NCBI GenBank assembly: GCA_963842815.1
Contig: CAWJHU010000001.1
Span: forward strand, 94,497 to 158,496
Direction: 5' to 3'
DNA: 64,000 bases
From: Candidatus Nomurabacteria bacterium
GTDB taxonomy: Bacteria > Patescibacteriota > Minisyncoccia > Phycocordibacterales > UBA9973
In this document: in pieces, positions 10,184-18,992 of the stretch
Layout: each line of letters opens with the position of its first letter
How positions within the stretch are numbered: the first letter of the stretch is position 1
Position numbers and translations under genes: made by a program
Notes under the pieces: generated by a model
What the model was told of the DNA's origin: nothing
Database searches by the model: none
What the model saw: only the letters and a program-made list of their open reading frames with translations

Positions 10184-10554
10184 ACAATAGAAGATCAGGA
10201 GTCTATAAAAAACAGGATTTTGATTCCTATGTTCTTTGGAAATCCTTACCCTCGGTGTTAAGAGGCCAACCAAGACAAATGCTTGAAAAATTTGGAATCG
10301 ATGATGAGATGGCAATTAGTTTACTGGAAATCAAAACCCAAGCTGAATTTGCCAAACGATTTGATATTAAGGATCCGGCCACACTAACAGACTGGAATAA
10401 AAGAATAGAAAAAGATGGATTGGTTCCCAGTATAAATGAATGGGCTCGAAAATTAACACCAAATGTCCTTCTCTCTTTGTATAAAGCTATTGCAAAAAAC
10501 GGCAAAGCATCAGAAGTAAAAGCTTGGTATCAGATTGTCGAGGGAATTATATAA
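10165..10554 (+). CDS. HTH protein, terminase small subunit-like
   Basis: KTQAEFAKRFDI..ATLTDW HTH followed by helical TPNVLLSLYKAI...VKAWYQIVEG; located after a ParB-MTase as in phage packaging modules. Confidence 0.5.
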   Translation: MVGESIDNRRSGVYKKQDFDSYVLWKSLPSVLRGQPRQMLEKFGIDDEMAISLLEIKTQAEFAKRFDIKDPATLTDWNKRIEKDGLVPSINEWARKLTPNVLLSLYKAIAKNGKASEVKAWYQIVEGII

Positions 10555-10558
10555 AAAT

Positions 10559-10765
10559 ATGGAAAATCAAAATACAAAAATGAGTACAGAAGAAATGGCA
10601 AAACTTCTTTCTCAAACCATGAGAGATGTGGTGGCAAGAAAGATTACCCTACGTCATGCCTTGGCAGTTTCTCGTATTGCCACTTCTTTAGCCAGAGTAA
10701 TTGAAATTACAGACTTAAATAAGAGGATTGAATTTTTAGAACAAGTTTTAAAAAAGAGAAAATAA
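10559..10765 (+). CDS. hypothetical small helical protein
   Basis: ORF in operon; ends LNKRIEFLEQVL coiled coil. Confidence 0.6.
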   Translation: MENQNTKMSTEEMAKLLSQTMRDVVARKITLRHALAVSRIATSLARVIEITDLNKRIEFLEQVLKKRK

Positions 10766-10766
10766 T

Positions 10767-11528
10767 ATGAGAAAATTTGTTAATCTATTTGAAAAAGGAA
10801 ATTTAACCCCCAGAGAACGGTATCTGATGTTGATGCAAAATAACTTCACTAAAGTAATCACTGGTGAAGAATCTTTAACTGTAGCCGATAAAGGTGCTTT
10901 AGAAAGCTGGAAACCAAAAAATAATAGAGAGGTGGATGAATGGAATAAATATGGCGAGGGTGATCTACTGATTAGTAATGCTGGTTTGGAAGTAGAAATT
11001 TTATATTTACAAGCCAAGGCAGAATATTTCAGGAAATTTTCTCTGGATATGCAATTAAGTTTCTATCCTTCTAATCAAAGAATTGAAAATATTTTAGAAG
11101 AATTAGAGATAATAAAAGTTGGAAATGTTAAAGATGACATATTAATACTAAAAACAATTTTCAAATCAATGCAGTTTATCAAGAAAATTGAAGAAAATGG
11201 CGAAACTATTTTGGACTTTACTGAGACAGCAAAAATCATTTTCAAAGAAACACGAGAAAACCTTATTGATTACTATTCTAAATTATTGGCTTTTCAAAAA
11301 ATATTTAAAAGGTTGTCAATAGTTTACGAAGTGGATATGCTTTATTTTATTAATGATCACATAAAAGATGTTACCCGTTTTATAGAAGGCAACAACGACG
11401 CCTTAAACAGGGCAGTTTTGAAGATGAAAGATAATTTACTTATAGACAAAGACAGTATCTTGCCAGATACCGAAACATTGGAAATCTGGACTAAAAAATT
11501 TACTGAGATTTTGGGCGATGAATTTTAG
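10767..11528 (+). CDS. hypothetical protein
   Basis: 253 aa ORF co-oriented and abutting the upstream gene. Confidence 0.7.
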   Translation: MRKFVNLFEKGNLTPRERYLMLMQNNFTKVITGEESLTVADKGALESWKPKNNREVDEWNKYGEGDLLISNAGLEVEILYLQAKAEYFRKFSLDMQLSFYPSNQRIENILEELEIIKVGNVKDDILILKTIFKSMQFIKKIEENGETILDFTETAKIIFKETRENLIDYYSKLLAFQKIFKRLSIVYEVDMLYFINDHIKDVTRFIEGNNDALNRAVLKMKDNLLIDKDSILPDTETLEIWTKKFTEILGDEF

Positions 11529-11539
11529 GGAAAATACTT

Positions 11540-12073
11540 TTATTTAGCGTGAGAAATAAAGTTTATGTTTGCTCCCCAAAAGTGCTTGAAGTCGATACTG
11601 CATTTACTCATTTGCGGATTGTTTGTCATCATAACTTTAAATGGAGACGTCTGCCCGGGCATAATCGGATTATAGTCGATTAAAGAATCCGAAGAATTTA
11701 CAAATTCTCCGGTTTTAGTATATGCAGTGCCCAATGCTTCTACATCCTTTAATGATTGACCGCTGATATTTTTCACTTGCCCAACGATTTGGAAATAATC
11801 ATATTCTTCGTAACACCTATAACTAAGCAATTCTAGCTGTGGTTCATTATTAGCGACGGAGTTTGTTGTCGATTGAGAACTACTAGAACCCACTGGTACG
11901 TTGCTTGAACTACTATTGATCACAATAATGAGAAATACAAAAATAATAATCCCGGCCGTTATCTTTTTACCTTTTGTCCAAACATACATTTTCCCCTGGC
12001 AATGAGGACACCTAGTTGCCATTAAATCTACTTCCTTTTTACAATGCTTGCACAGTTTATTTTTTTCTTCCAT
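11540..12073 (-). CDS. zinc-ribbon + TM + FxLYD-type domain protein
   Basis: CKHC..CPHC, TM helix, IVGQVKNIS...PGQTSPFKV Ig-like domain. Confidence 0.75.
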   Translation of the reverse strand: MEEKNKLCKHCKKEVDLMATRCPHCQGKMYVWTKGKKITAGIIIFVFLIIVINSSSSNVPVGSSSSQSTTNSVANNEPQLELLSYRCYEEYDYFQIVGQVKNISGQSLKDVEALGTAYTKTGEFVNSSDSLIDYNPIMPGQTSPFKVMMTNNPQMSKCSIDFKHFWGANINFISHAK

Positions 12074-12189
12074 AAAATTATTTTTTAATTGATAATATTC
12101 GACGACCCACCATCCTAGCTTAGATTGATTGATTTGTGTAGCGGAGTTACCAACAGGTCAAAATATCAAGCACTTTAAGTATTTTTGGG

Positions 12190-13101
12190 CTATTTGTTGT
12201 ATTCATAGCTTTGTTTAATAAGCCCCATAACTTTATCTATGTCCTCTTTTCTTTCAAGTTTTACCTCGTAGTCGCCATTACCCCAATGGCCGATTACTTT
12301 AGGTTTTGTTAGATTACGGGCCATGCCAGCTGGATTATCTAGTTCTCCACTTGGCACATTTAAGAAAATTTTCAGCAAATCGTGCAGAATAACTATGTCG
12401 CAAAAATTAGTGGTTAATTTATAGGCAATATATTTTGATTTAGGTTCTTCGATGATTGATTCATCTAAAGCTGATATCCTCTCTTTAAGGACTGCAAATA
12501 TTTCCTTAACATTAATGTTGGCAGATTTAAGGTGATCATCAATGGTATATTGTATTTTTTCCTTGAATACACTTTTTTGTTTTTCTCCTTTTCCAAAAAT
12601 TTCAGAGGTGGAAATTTTCACTTTGCGTTGGTTCTCTGATTCCACCAGCAGGATATTATTCTCATAGAGCCGGTAATGAAGAAGCTCAATATTCATAGGC
12701 AGTAAATCAGCTGTATCTAAATCGAATTTGTTATAACTTTCCGCAACACAGATTACTCGAGGTGACGCCCAATCAATCTCTATATTAATATTCGCTTTAT
12801 GTACTAATGCCTCAAAAGCATCTTTGTGATCCAACAGCCAACGTAAATATGATAGTCCTTGATTGATGACGTTCTCGTTCTGAGATAATTTATATTCAAT
12901 GATAACCGGTGAGCCGTTGTTATCAATTCCCACCGTATCCATTCTCCCACCGAAGCTAGTTGAATATTCAGTTGCTAAAAATGTAATGTTCAATATCTCG
13001 TCAAGATTTTTCTCGAAGATTTTTTGAATATCCTTTTCAAGACCAACTTTAACGATTGGGATCTTTTTTGCTTTTTCGTTTTGGGTAAAAAATAACGCCA
13101 T
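12190..13101 (-). CDS. NucS/DUF91-like PD-(D/E)xK nuclease fused to DUF5655
   Basis: LEKDIQ, GRMDTVGID...PVIIEYK, QGLSY; C-terminal YIAYK...GHWGNGDYEV; start taken at MALFF (13101). Confidence 0.8.
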   Translation of the reverse strand: MALFFTQNEKAKKIPIVKVGLEKDIQKIFEKNLDEILNITFLATEYSTSFGGRMDTVGIDNNGSPVIIEYKLSQNENVINQGLSYLRWLLDHKDAFEALVHKANINIEIDWASPRVICVAESYNKFDLDTADLLPMNIELLHYRLYENNILLVESENQRKVKISTSEIFGKGEKQKSVFKEKIQYTIDDHLKSANINVKEIFAVLKERISALDESIIEEPKSKYIAYKLTTNFCDIVILHDLLKIFLNVPSGELDNPAGMARNLTKPKVIGHWGNGDYEVKLERKEDIDKVMGLIKQSYEYNK

Positions 13102-13125
13102 GTGTTTATTCCTGGCGTGAGGTTT

Positions 13126-13267
13126 AAACACTAAACCCCGCACCAGCTAGGTCTTGCGACCCCATACCAGTTTCCCGATACGGCCCTTGGAAGAGTTGCT
13201 GAACGCGGGGTTCAGTATCTTCCAAGGGTCTTTGGATCATGCCGTAAACTACTTCACGGTTTAGATC
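13126..13267 (-). ncRNA. structured leader RNA, copy 1 (skipping-rope-like architecture)
   Basis: P1 CCCTTGGAAGA/TCTTCCAAGGG, crossing helix ACTGAACCCCGC/GCGGGGTTTAGT, GAAA- and GCAA-capped hairpins, 5' GATCTAAACC..GGCATGATC hairpin. Confidence 0.75.
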
Positions 13268-13291
13268 ACTCATATTTAATTTTACTCTATA

Positions 13292-13320
13292 AATGTATCA
13301 AAAAATGTGATATATGGCAA
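13292..13320 (-). promoter_or_regulatory. sigma70-type promoter for RNA copy 1
   Basis: TTGCCA-17-TACATT on the minus strand. Confidence 0.5.
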
Positions 13321-13375
13321 TGATTCTTAGAATTTTTTCGTGGTATTTTAGATGTTTTTTTGTTAGAGTTAACTC

Positions 13376-13897
13376 ATGATTCTTCCACTAGAACTAACAC
13401 CCTCAGACATAATGACTGTACCTTTACCATCTGGAAATACAGTGGACTTGCCTGTTTGTCACCCTACTTTTTCAAGCTGGTCAGAAAAATTGCCAAACTT
13501 TGATTTTGGAAAGAAACCTATCGTGAATTATAAAGGAAAAGGTGTTTTTGCTGAACTTGCTATTTTAGGATTACTTATTGACTCGGGATGGAATGGCATT
13601 TGGGTGGAAACATATGGAGGTATTCACTTTCTAAAAGATATGCCGACTAGTTGGAAATTATCACAACATAATATATCTATAACATTAGACAAAGAAACTT
13701 TACTTAAAAATATTTGGAAAACCGGAAAAACCACAGCTTGTTTTGATGTTTTCGCGTGGAAAGATAATGACATTCTTTTTTGTGAAGGAAAGCATAAAGG
13801 TAAAGATAGATTAACTAAAGCACAAACTAAATTTATTGAAGGAGCGTTGGCTTGTGGAGTACCAATACAATCTTTAGTGATTGTTGAATGGAACTAA
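13376..13897 (+). CDS. VRR-NUC-like PD-(D/E)xK nuclease
   Basis: CFDVFAW...FCEGKHKGKDRLTKAQ. Confidence 0.7.
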   Translation: MILPLELTPSDIMTVPLPSGNTVDLPVCHPTFSSWSEKLPNFDFGKKPIVNYKGKGVFAELAILGLLIDSGWNGIWVETYGGIHFLKDMPTSWKLSQHNISITLDKETLLKNIWKTGKTTACFDVFAWKDNDILFCEGKHKGKDRLTKAQTKFIEGALACGVPIQSLVIVEWN

Positions 13898-13915
13898 AAA
13901 GATTTTGTTGTTCTT

Positions 13916-15007
13916 TTATTCATTTAATATATTAATTTCTGGTTCTAAAATTTCGATAACGGTTTTCATTTTATTCACTGCCCAATTTTTTAATTCATCA
14001 GTCATCTTTCCTTCATTTTTTTCTATATACATCCTAGACCAAGTTTTCCCCCAATCTTTTTCAACAATAACTTTTTCATTTGTTGCTTGTTCAATTTTTT
14101 CTTTCAATTTTTCAACTCTCCTAAGGGCTGTTTCATTAAATTGCTTGTTTCCTTTTTCAAAATGAACCTCAACACCAAAACTATTTCGTGGCCTACCGTG
14201 GAATCCCCACTCAAAATGTACTCCACTCACTACTGTTGGTATTTGGCAGTATGATTTTGTGGTTGGATTTGCATTATAGCTCGGAAGAACTGCGTTTAGT
14301 TTATTTTTAAGTTCACTGTAAAAATTAAGGTATTCTTCTTGTGAAAGAGTTTTAACATGTTCCATATTTTCTTTCTTTTCAGATTGAATTATATAGTCTT
14401 TTGCCTCTGGAAGTGGAATTAAAATTGTTGATTCAAAACCGATTGTATCATTATCTAATTCATAAGGAGTTAATTTTATACAAGTTATATCGATTCCAAA
14501 ATTTCTTAACCATAAAACAGATGCCGTAACTTCAGTTCTATATTCTTTTGATACAATAATTATTCTAGGACGATCTGACAGTTCTTCAAACTCATTATTT
14601 TCTATAAAATCAACAATTTGTTTTTTAGCTTCTTCTTCGTTAGTTATTTTCCCTTTTTTAGAAAGATAATTTTGATATTCTCTTACAACTTCACTTAAAG
14701 TTAAAGTGGAGCAATATGCTGCATATTGTATTGCCTGTAATTCAACATTTTTTCCACTATCATCACGTTTTAACTCAACCACAACCAAATTGCCGTCCTT
14801 ATCTAGTGCCAATAAGTCTAATCTTTCATTTGTCTTATCAAATTTATTATACTCAGTACTAATTATTAGCAACTCTTCACCTAAAATATCTGGATAATTT
14901 TCAACCCATTTCTCTATATCTTGTCTTTCAAGAATATTATGAGTTTTTAAGTCTGTTTCATTGTAGGTAGATATTTTTTTTGAGTTTTTATTATATGTAA
15001 ATAACAT
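13916..15007 (-). CDS. NucS-like endonuclease fused to DUF4268-like domain
   Basis: LERQDIE, RLDLLALDKDGNLVVVELKR, QAIQYAAY. Confidence 0.8.
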   Translation of the reverse strand: MLFTYNKNSKKISTYNETDLKTHNILERQDIEKWVENYPDILGEELLIISTEYNKFDKTNERLDLLALDKDGNLVVVELKRDDSGKNVELQAIQYAAYCSTLTLSEVVREYQNYLSKKGKITNEEEAKKQIVDFIENNEFEELSDRPRIIIVSKEYRTEVTASVLWLRNFGIDITCIKLTPYELDNDTIGFESTILIPLPEAKDYIIQSEKKENMEHVKTLSQEEYLNFYSELKNKLNAVLPSYNANPTTKSYCQIPTVVSGVHFEWGFHGRPRNSFGVEVHFEKGNKQFNETALRRVEKLKEKIEQATNEKVIVEKDWGKTWSRMYIEKNEGKMTDELKNWAVNKMKTVIEILEPEINILNE

Positions 15008-15024
15008 ATTTTTATTATATCACT

Positions 15025-15156
15025 TTATAATTCTTGCCAAACCTCTAATGCTTCATCTCCCTCAAGTCCTGTTTCATCTTTAAAATCCTGAAGTTCTTCG
15101 GCTTCTTCTAGACTCAAATCATTCTCCTTGGCTGTTTCAAATGTTTCTTCGTCCAT
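15025..15156 (-). CDS. 43-aa highly acidic peptide
   Basis: Manual translation MDEETFETAKENDLSLEEAEELQDFKDETGLEGDEALEVWQEL; fits exactly between co-oriented genes. Confidence 0.65.
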   Translation of the reverse strand: MDEETFETAKENDLSLEEAEELQDFKDETGLEGDEALEVWQEL

Positions 15157-15162
15157 GTTTTT

Positions 15163-15675
15163 TTATTTTAATTTCTCTAAAACAAGACGCCTTATTTCTT
15201 CTTTATTAAAATTCCCATTATTCCCAAATCGTAAAAGTGGCAAACCAGCGTCACTTAAAATACGCTCAACTTCTGCATCTCGCATACTTCTATTCTCTTG
15301 TTCGTGTGTTCTATCATCTAATTCAATCGTAAGGAGTGGTTTAATATACGCTTTATCACAAATAACAAAATCAACTGATTTTTCGTCGATATGGCGAAAT
15401 GCGCCCTTCCAATTCTGTCCTACAACCTTATTATCTAAAATAGTTGGTAAATGTATTTGAGGGAAAACATAATATTGAATTCCTACTATATCAACAAGAA
15501 TATCAAAAAATTCATGCTCTGCTCGGCTCATCAAAAAATCTTTTCGCTTATAACGGTAAAAAGGTTTATTTTCTTTGCCCGAAAGTCCTTCAGGAATAAA
15601 TACCTTAAAAGCTATGACGACAACTATTACTAAAACTATAAAAATTGTTAACATTCCCATAAAATTATTTATCAC
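15163..15675 (-). CDS. DUF2726 domain protein
   Basis: N-terminal TM; LMSRAE..FF, KSVDFVIC, IELDDRTH, RD motifs. Confidence 0.88.
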   Translation of the reverse strand: MINNFMGMLTIFIVLVIVVVIAFKVFIPEGLSGKENKPFYRYKRKDFLMSRAEHEFFDILVDIVGIQYYVFPQIHLPTILDNKVVGQNWKGAFRHIDEKSVDFVICDKAYIKPLLTIELDDRTHEQENRSMRDAEVERILSDAGLPLLRFGNNGNFNKEEIRRLVLEKLK

Positions 15676-18356
15676 CGAATAAACTGATCAATTCTTTAAA
15701 GTCTTTTGCTTTGTATTTCTCCCAAACCTCTTGTTTAACATATAATGCTTTATATACCGCTCTACTCTGTCGAGCATTCACATCTTCACACCACAACTGA
15801 AGTCTTTCAAATTTAATTTTATCGTCCTCTTCTTCTCTACCTTTCGTTTCAATAATATAAATTGTTTTGTCATTAACTTTAACAAAGAAATCGGGGTAAT
15901 ATGTCGCAATTAATCCTTCAGCATTTTTATACTCAATTCTTAAAGCATTGGCTTCCTTATTGATAAAATTCTTTGCAAAAGAAATAACATCGTCACAACC
16001 CTCTAAAAATTCAGCAAAAACTAATTCAAAATTACTATCACCAGCAATCCTATTAAATACTGACTTCTTAGGTATCAAGAAGGATTTATCATTGACCACA
16101 AATGGTCTTGATTCACTAATCTTTATGTAATTTTTTATTTCTGTATCTCCCTTATCTTTAATAGTCAATTCATTAATAGCTTTCTTGAAAGATTCCTTAA
16201 TTGCCCTAGTGACTTCTATCTCTGATAAATTAGTTAATATATTTAGATCATTTAAATCTACTTCCTTCTCAAAAAGATAATGCTGTATAAATTCTTTTAC
16301 TTTCCCATATAAAACATCATAACAACCGAAAAGACGAAGGTCCCGCATAATTGCTTGCGTAAAGAATCCAACCACTCTTTGATAATCTACATTGATATTT
16401 CCATCGAGTTCCGTCTTGTGATGGAATTCTTCTCCCAACAACATCTTTAAAGATAATCTCTCTCTTTTCTTGTTCGCTGAATGTCTTTATTTTTACTTTT
16501 TTAATTTCAAATTTAGACACATCCAAGTCTGAAAGATTTTTATACTCTCTTTGAATTCTTGCTGACATTGCTGGTATCTCAATATCGAGTTTCTCAATAT
16601 CTTTTTTAGGATTATCTTTATCAACCTCAATAACCATCGGAGTAATTGGTTTTGCTCCAGTACCCATTAATCTCTTTTCAAGCAAAACTCCTTCACCCTT
16701 AATAGATTTAACAAAATCCATAAAAGCAGGTGTTCCTATAACACTTACATATTCTTCTACACTCTCATCGCCAAAATACATTCTTCTTAAACCTCTTCCA
16801 AGTGTTTGTTCTGGAAGAATCTTTGCATCAGATGTATATGGACGAAGTCCGACAATAGTCGTCACATTTTTTACATCCCAACCCTCTTTGAGCATCAAAA
16901 CAGAAACAATAACCTTAAAAGGACTTTCCCAACTATCTATTTCATTGGCTTGCTTTCTTAATATATCTAATTCTTCTTTACTCTTTCCAGTTACACTTTC
17001 TGAAATTTCACCGCTTTTATTAGTATGAATAGTTAAAACTGCATCTTTTAAATCAGAGAAACTACCTCTAATATATTCTGCCACATCATCACAATTCTTA
17101 GTATCGTCTGTCATGATAAAAAGAATAGATTTCTTTCCCGTTGGTTTTAGATATTCATATGTTTTTCTCCATTCTTCTACTCCTAAATTTATATAATCAC
17201 GATACTTCTCACTAAACAATGAGCTTTGATTCTCTTTTAATTTTCCACAACTTGCTTCGTCTGGCACAACAGGATTTTTAACAATTCTTTGATGTATGGC
17301 TTCAACTAAAGGATAGTCTGAAATTGTTTGCACAAAAATAGATCCATCATTCTTTTTTGGAGTAGCTGTCATATCTACTTGTAAAGCAAGTTTTGTGCCT
17401 TTACCTTTTAAACGATTGTGAATATCTTGGATAGACTTAAACCAAGCCATCTTTTCATCGTGAATATGGTGAGCTTCGTCGTTGATAATAATAAGCTCAT
17501 CAATATCACGAACAATCATTCCTAAATCAACTTTAGAATCATTTGTTTTTGCAACTGGTTTCTCTCCAAGAAAATACTCACTTGTATCTTCGTCTTCTGC
17601 ACTTGAAACAGAAACATCGCTTTCATAAACTCTGTGTATGTTTGTTAAAAAGATATTACCTGTATCTGAAACACTTTTTAATTCGTCCTGTAAGTGTAAT
17701 GTTATTTGAAAATCATCATTCCAATTTTGTCCTGCATAACCATTCTCTGGCAACACAGGATCATTATGGAATATTTTTAATCCTTCAAAATCATTCTTTA
17801 TTCTTTCGAAGACAATAACGTTGGGCGTTATCAAAAGAAAGTTTTTAGCCAACTTAGAATCTTCTTCATATTTCTTATGGAAATAGGCCCAAGCGATAAC
17901 TAAACTCATTACTTTTGTTTTACCTGCACCTGTTGCCATTTTAACCACAAAACGAAGCCAGTCTTCAGTAAACATATCTGCGCTTAATACTCCAGTAGAA
18001 TTGTATCTAAGTAAATCATATTTATCTTTTACCTTAGCAACTTCATAAAGCCAAATGATAGTTTCCATGGCTTCTCTTTGCGCAAAATAATATCGGAAAT
18101 TATAAAAAGAGCCATCTTTGTTATAGATAATATGTTCTTCTTTAAACCAGTAATTCAAAAGTGCCTTGGATGTATCACTAGCATCTTCGTATTTTTTATC
18201 TCTCCATTCTTTTACTTTCTTTCTAAGGTCAGCAACAAGAGGAGGAATAAGTTTATCAAATCCTTTTTCTCGCAGATCTTCGTCAGCAGGAAACCACCTA
18301 ATGCTAGGGTCTAAGATTGCGTATGGGTCTTTTGGAAAATTTTTATGCAGTGCCAT
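15665..18356 (-). pseudogene. res: type III restriction endonuclease Res subunit, single frameshift at ~16435
   Basis: KMATGAGKT, NDEAHH, MLKEGWDV, EQTLGRGLR; C-terminal YYPDF..IIETKG lies in another frame (15665-16444). Confidence 0.88.
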
Positions 18357-18359
18357 ATA

Positions 18360-18992
18360 TTAGTATACTTTTTGGATAAGAGAAATAAATCTATCTAATT
18401 TTTCAATTAATTCATCAACTGATTCTTTTATTACAACATTTTTTGTATATGAAGCATTGGCACTATTCAGACTTTTAGGGTGAATTGTATTTCTTAAATG
18501 ATTTATATCATCAAGGTAAGTTTTCCAACTTTGATTTCTGAAAAAACCCGCTTTATTGAATATATCTAATAAATATCCCAATCCCGTATTTTTATTGCTT
18601 AGTTTTTCAGAAGCAATGACACTACATAAATCATTTTTCTTTTTTGCGTTTGTTCTGTGTTCAAACAAATCAAAAAGCAATCCTTCATATATGGAAGCAG
18701 ACAACTGACAAAGAACAAGTTTGTGTTGCCAACCAAAAGTAAGTCCTGGTTTTAGAAATTCATATACACTTCTATGATAATCTAAACACATTCTTAGTTC
18801 AGCGAGATTATTTCTTAATTCAAAATCTTTTACAAAAGAAAACATAGGACGATAATGACTACCTAAATTTTTACTTATTTTTCTACCATCAGATAATTTC
18901 ATTTTCCAATAGCAAAATCTATCTGGTAAAGATTGCAAATTATCGTGCACTGTCATAAAACAATCTTCGGTTGAATGTTCTACACTACTCAT
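18360..18992 (-). CDS. hypothetical protein with HEPN-like motifs
   Basis: SIYEGLL and LRNTIHP motifs; inserted between mod and res, overlapping the mod stop. Confidence 0.6.
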   Translation of the reverse strand: MSSVEHSTEDCFMTVHDNLQSLPDRFCYWKMKLSDGRKISKNLGSHYRPMFSFVKDFELRNNLAELRMCLDYHRSVYEFLKPGLTFGWQHKLVLCQLSASIYEGLLFDLFEHRTNAKKKNDLCSVIASEKLSNKNTGLGYLLDIFNKAGFFRNQSWKTYLDDINHLRNTIHPKSLNSANASYTKNVVIKESVDELIEKLDRFISLIQKVY

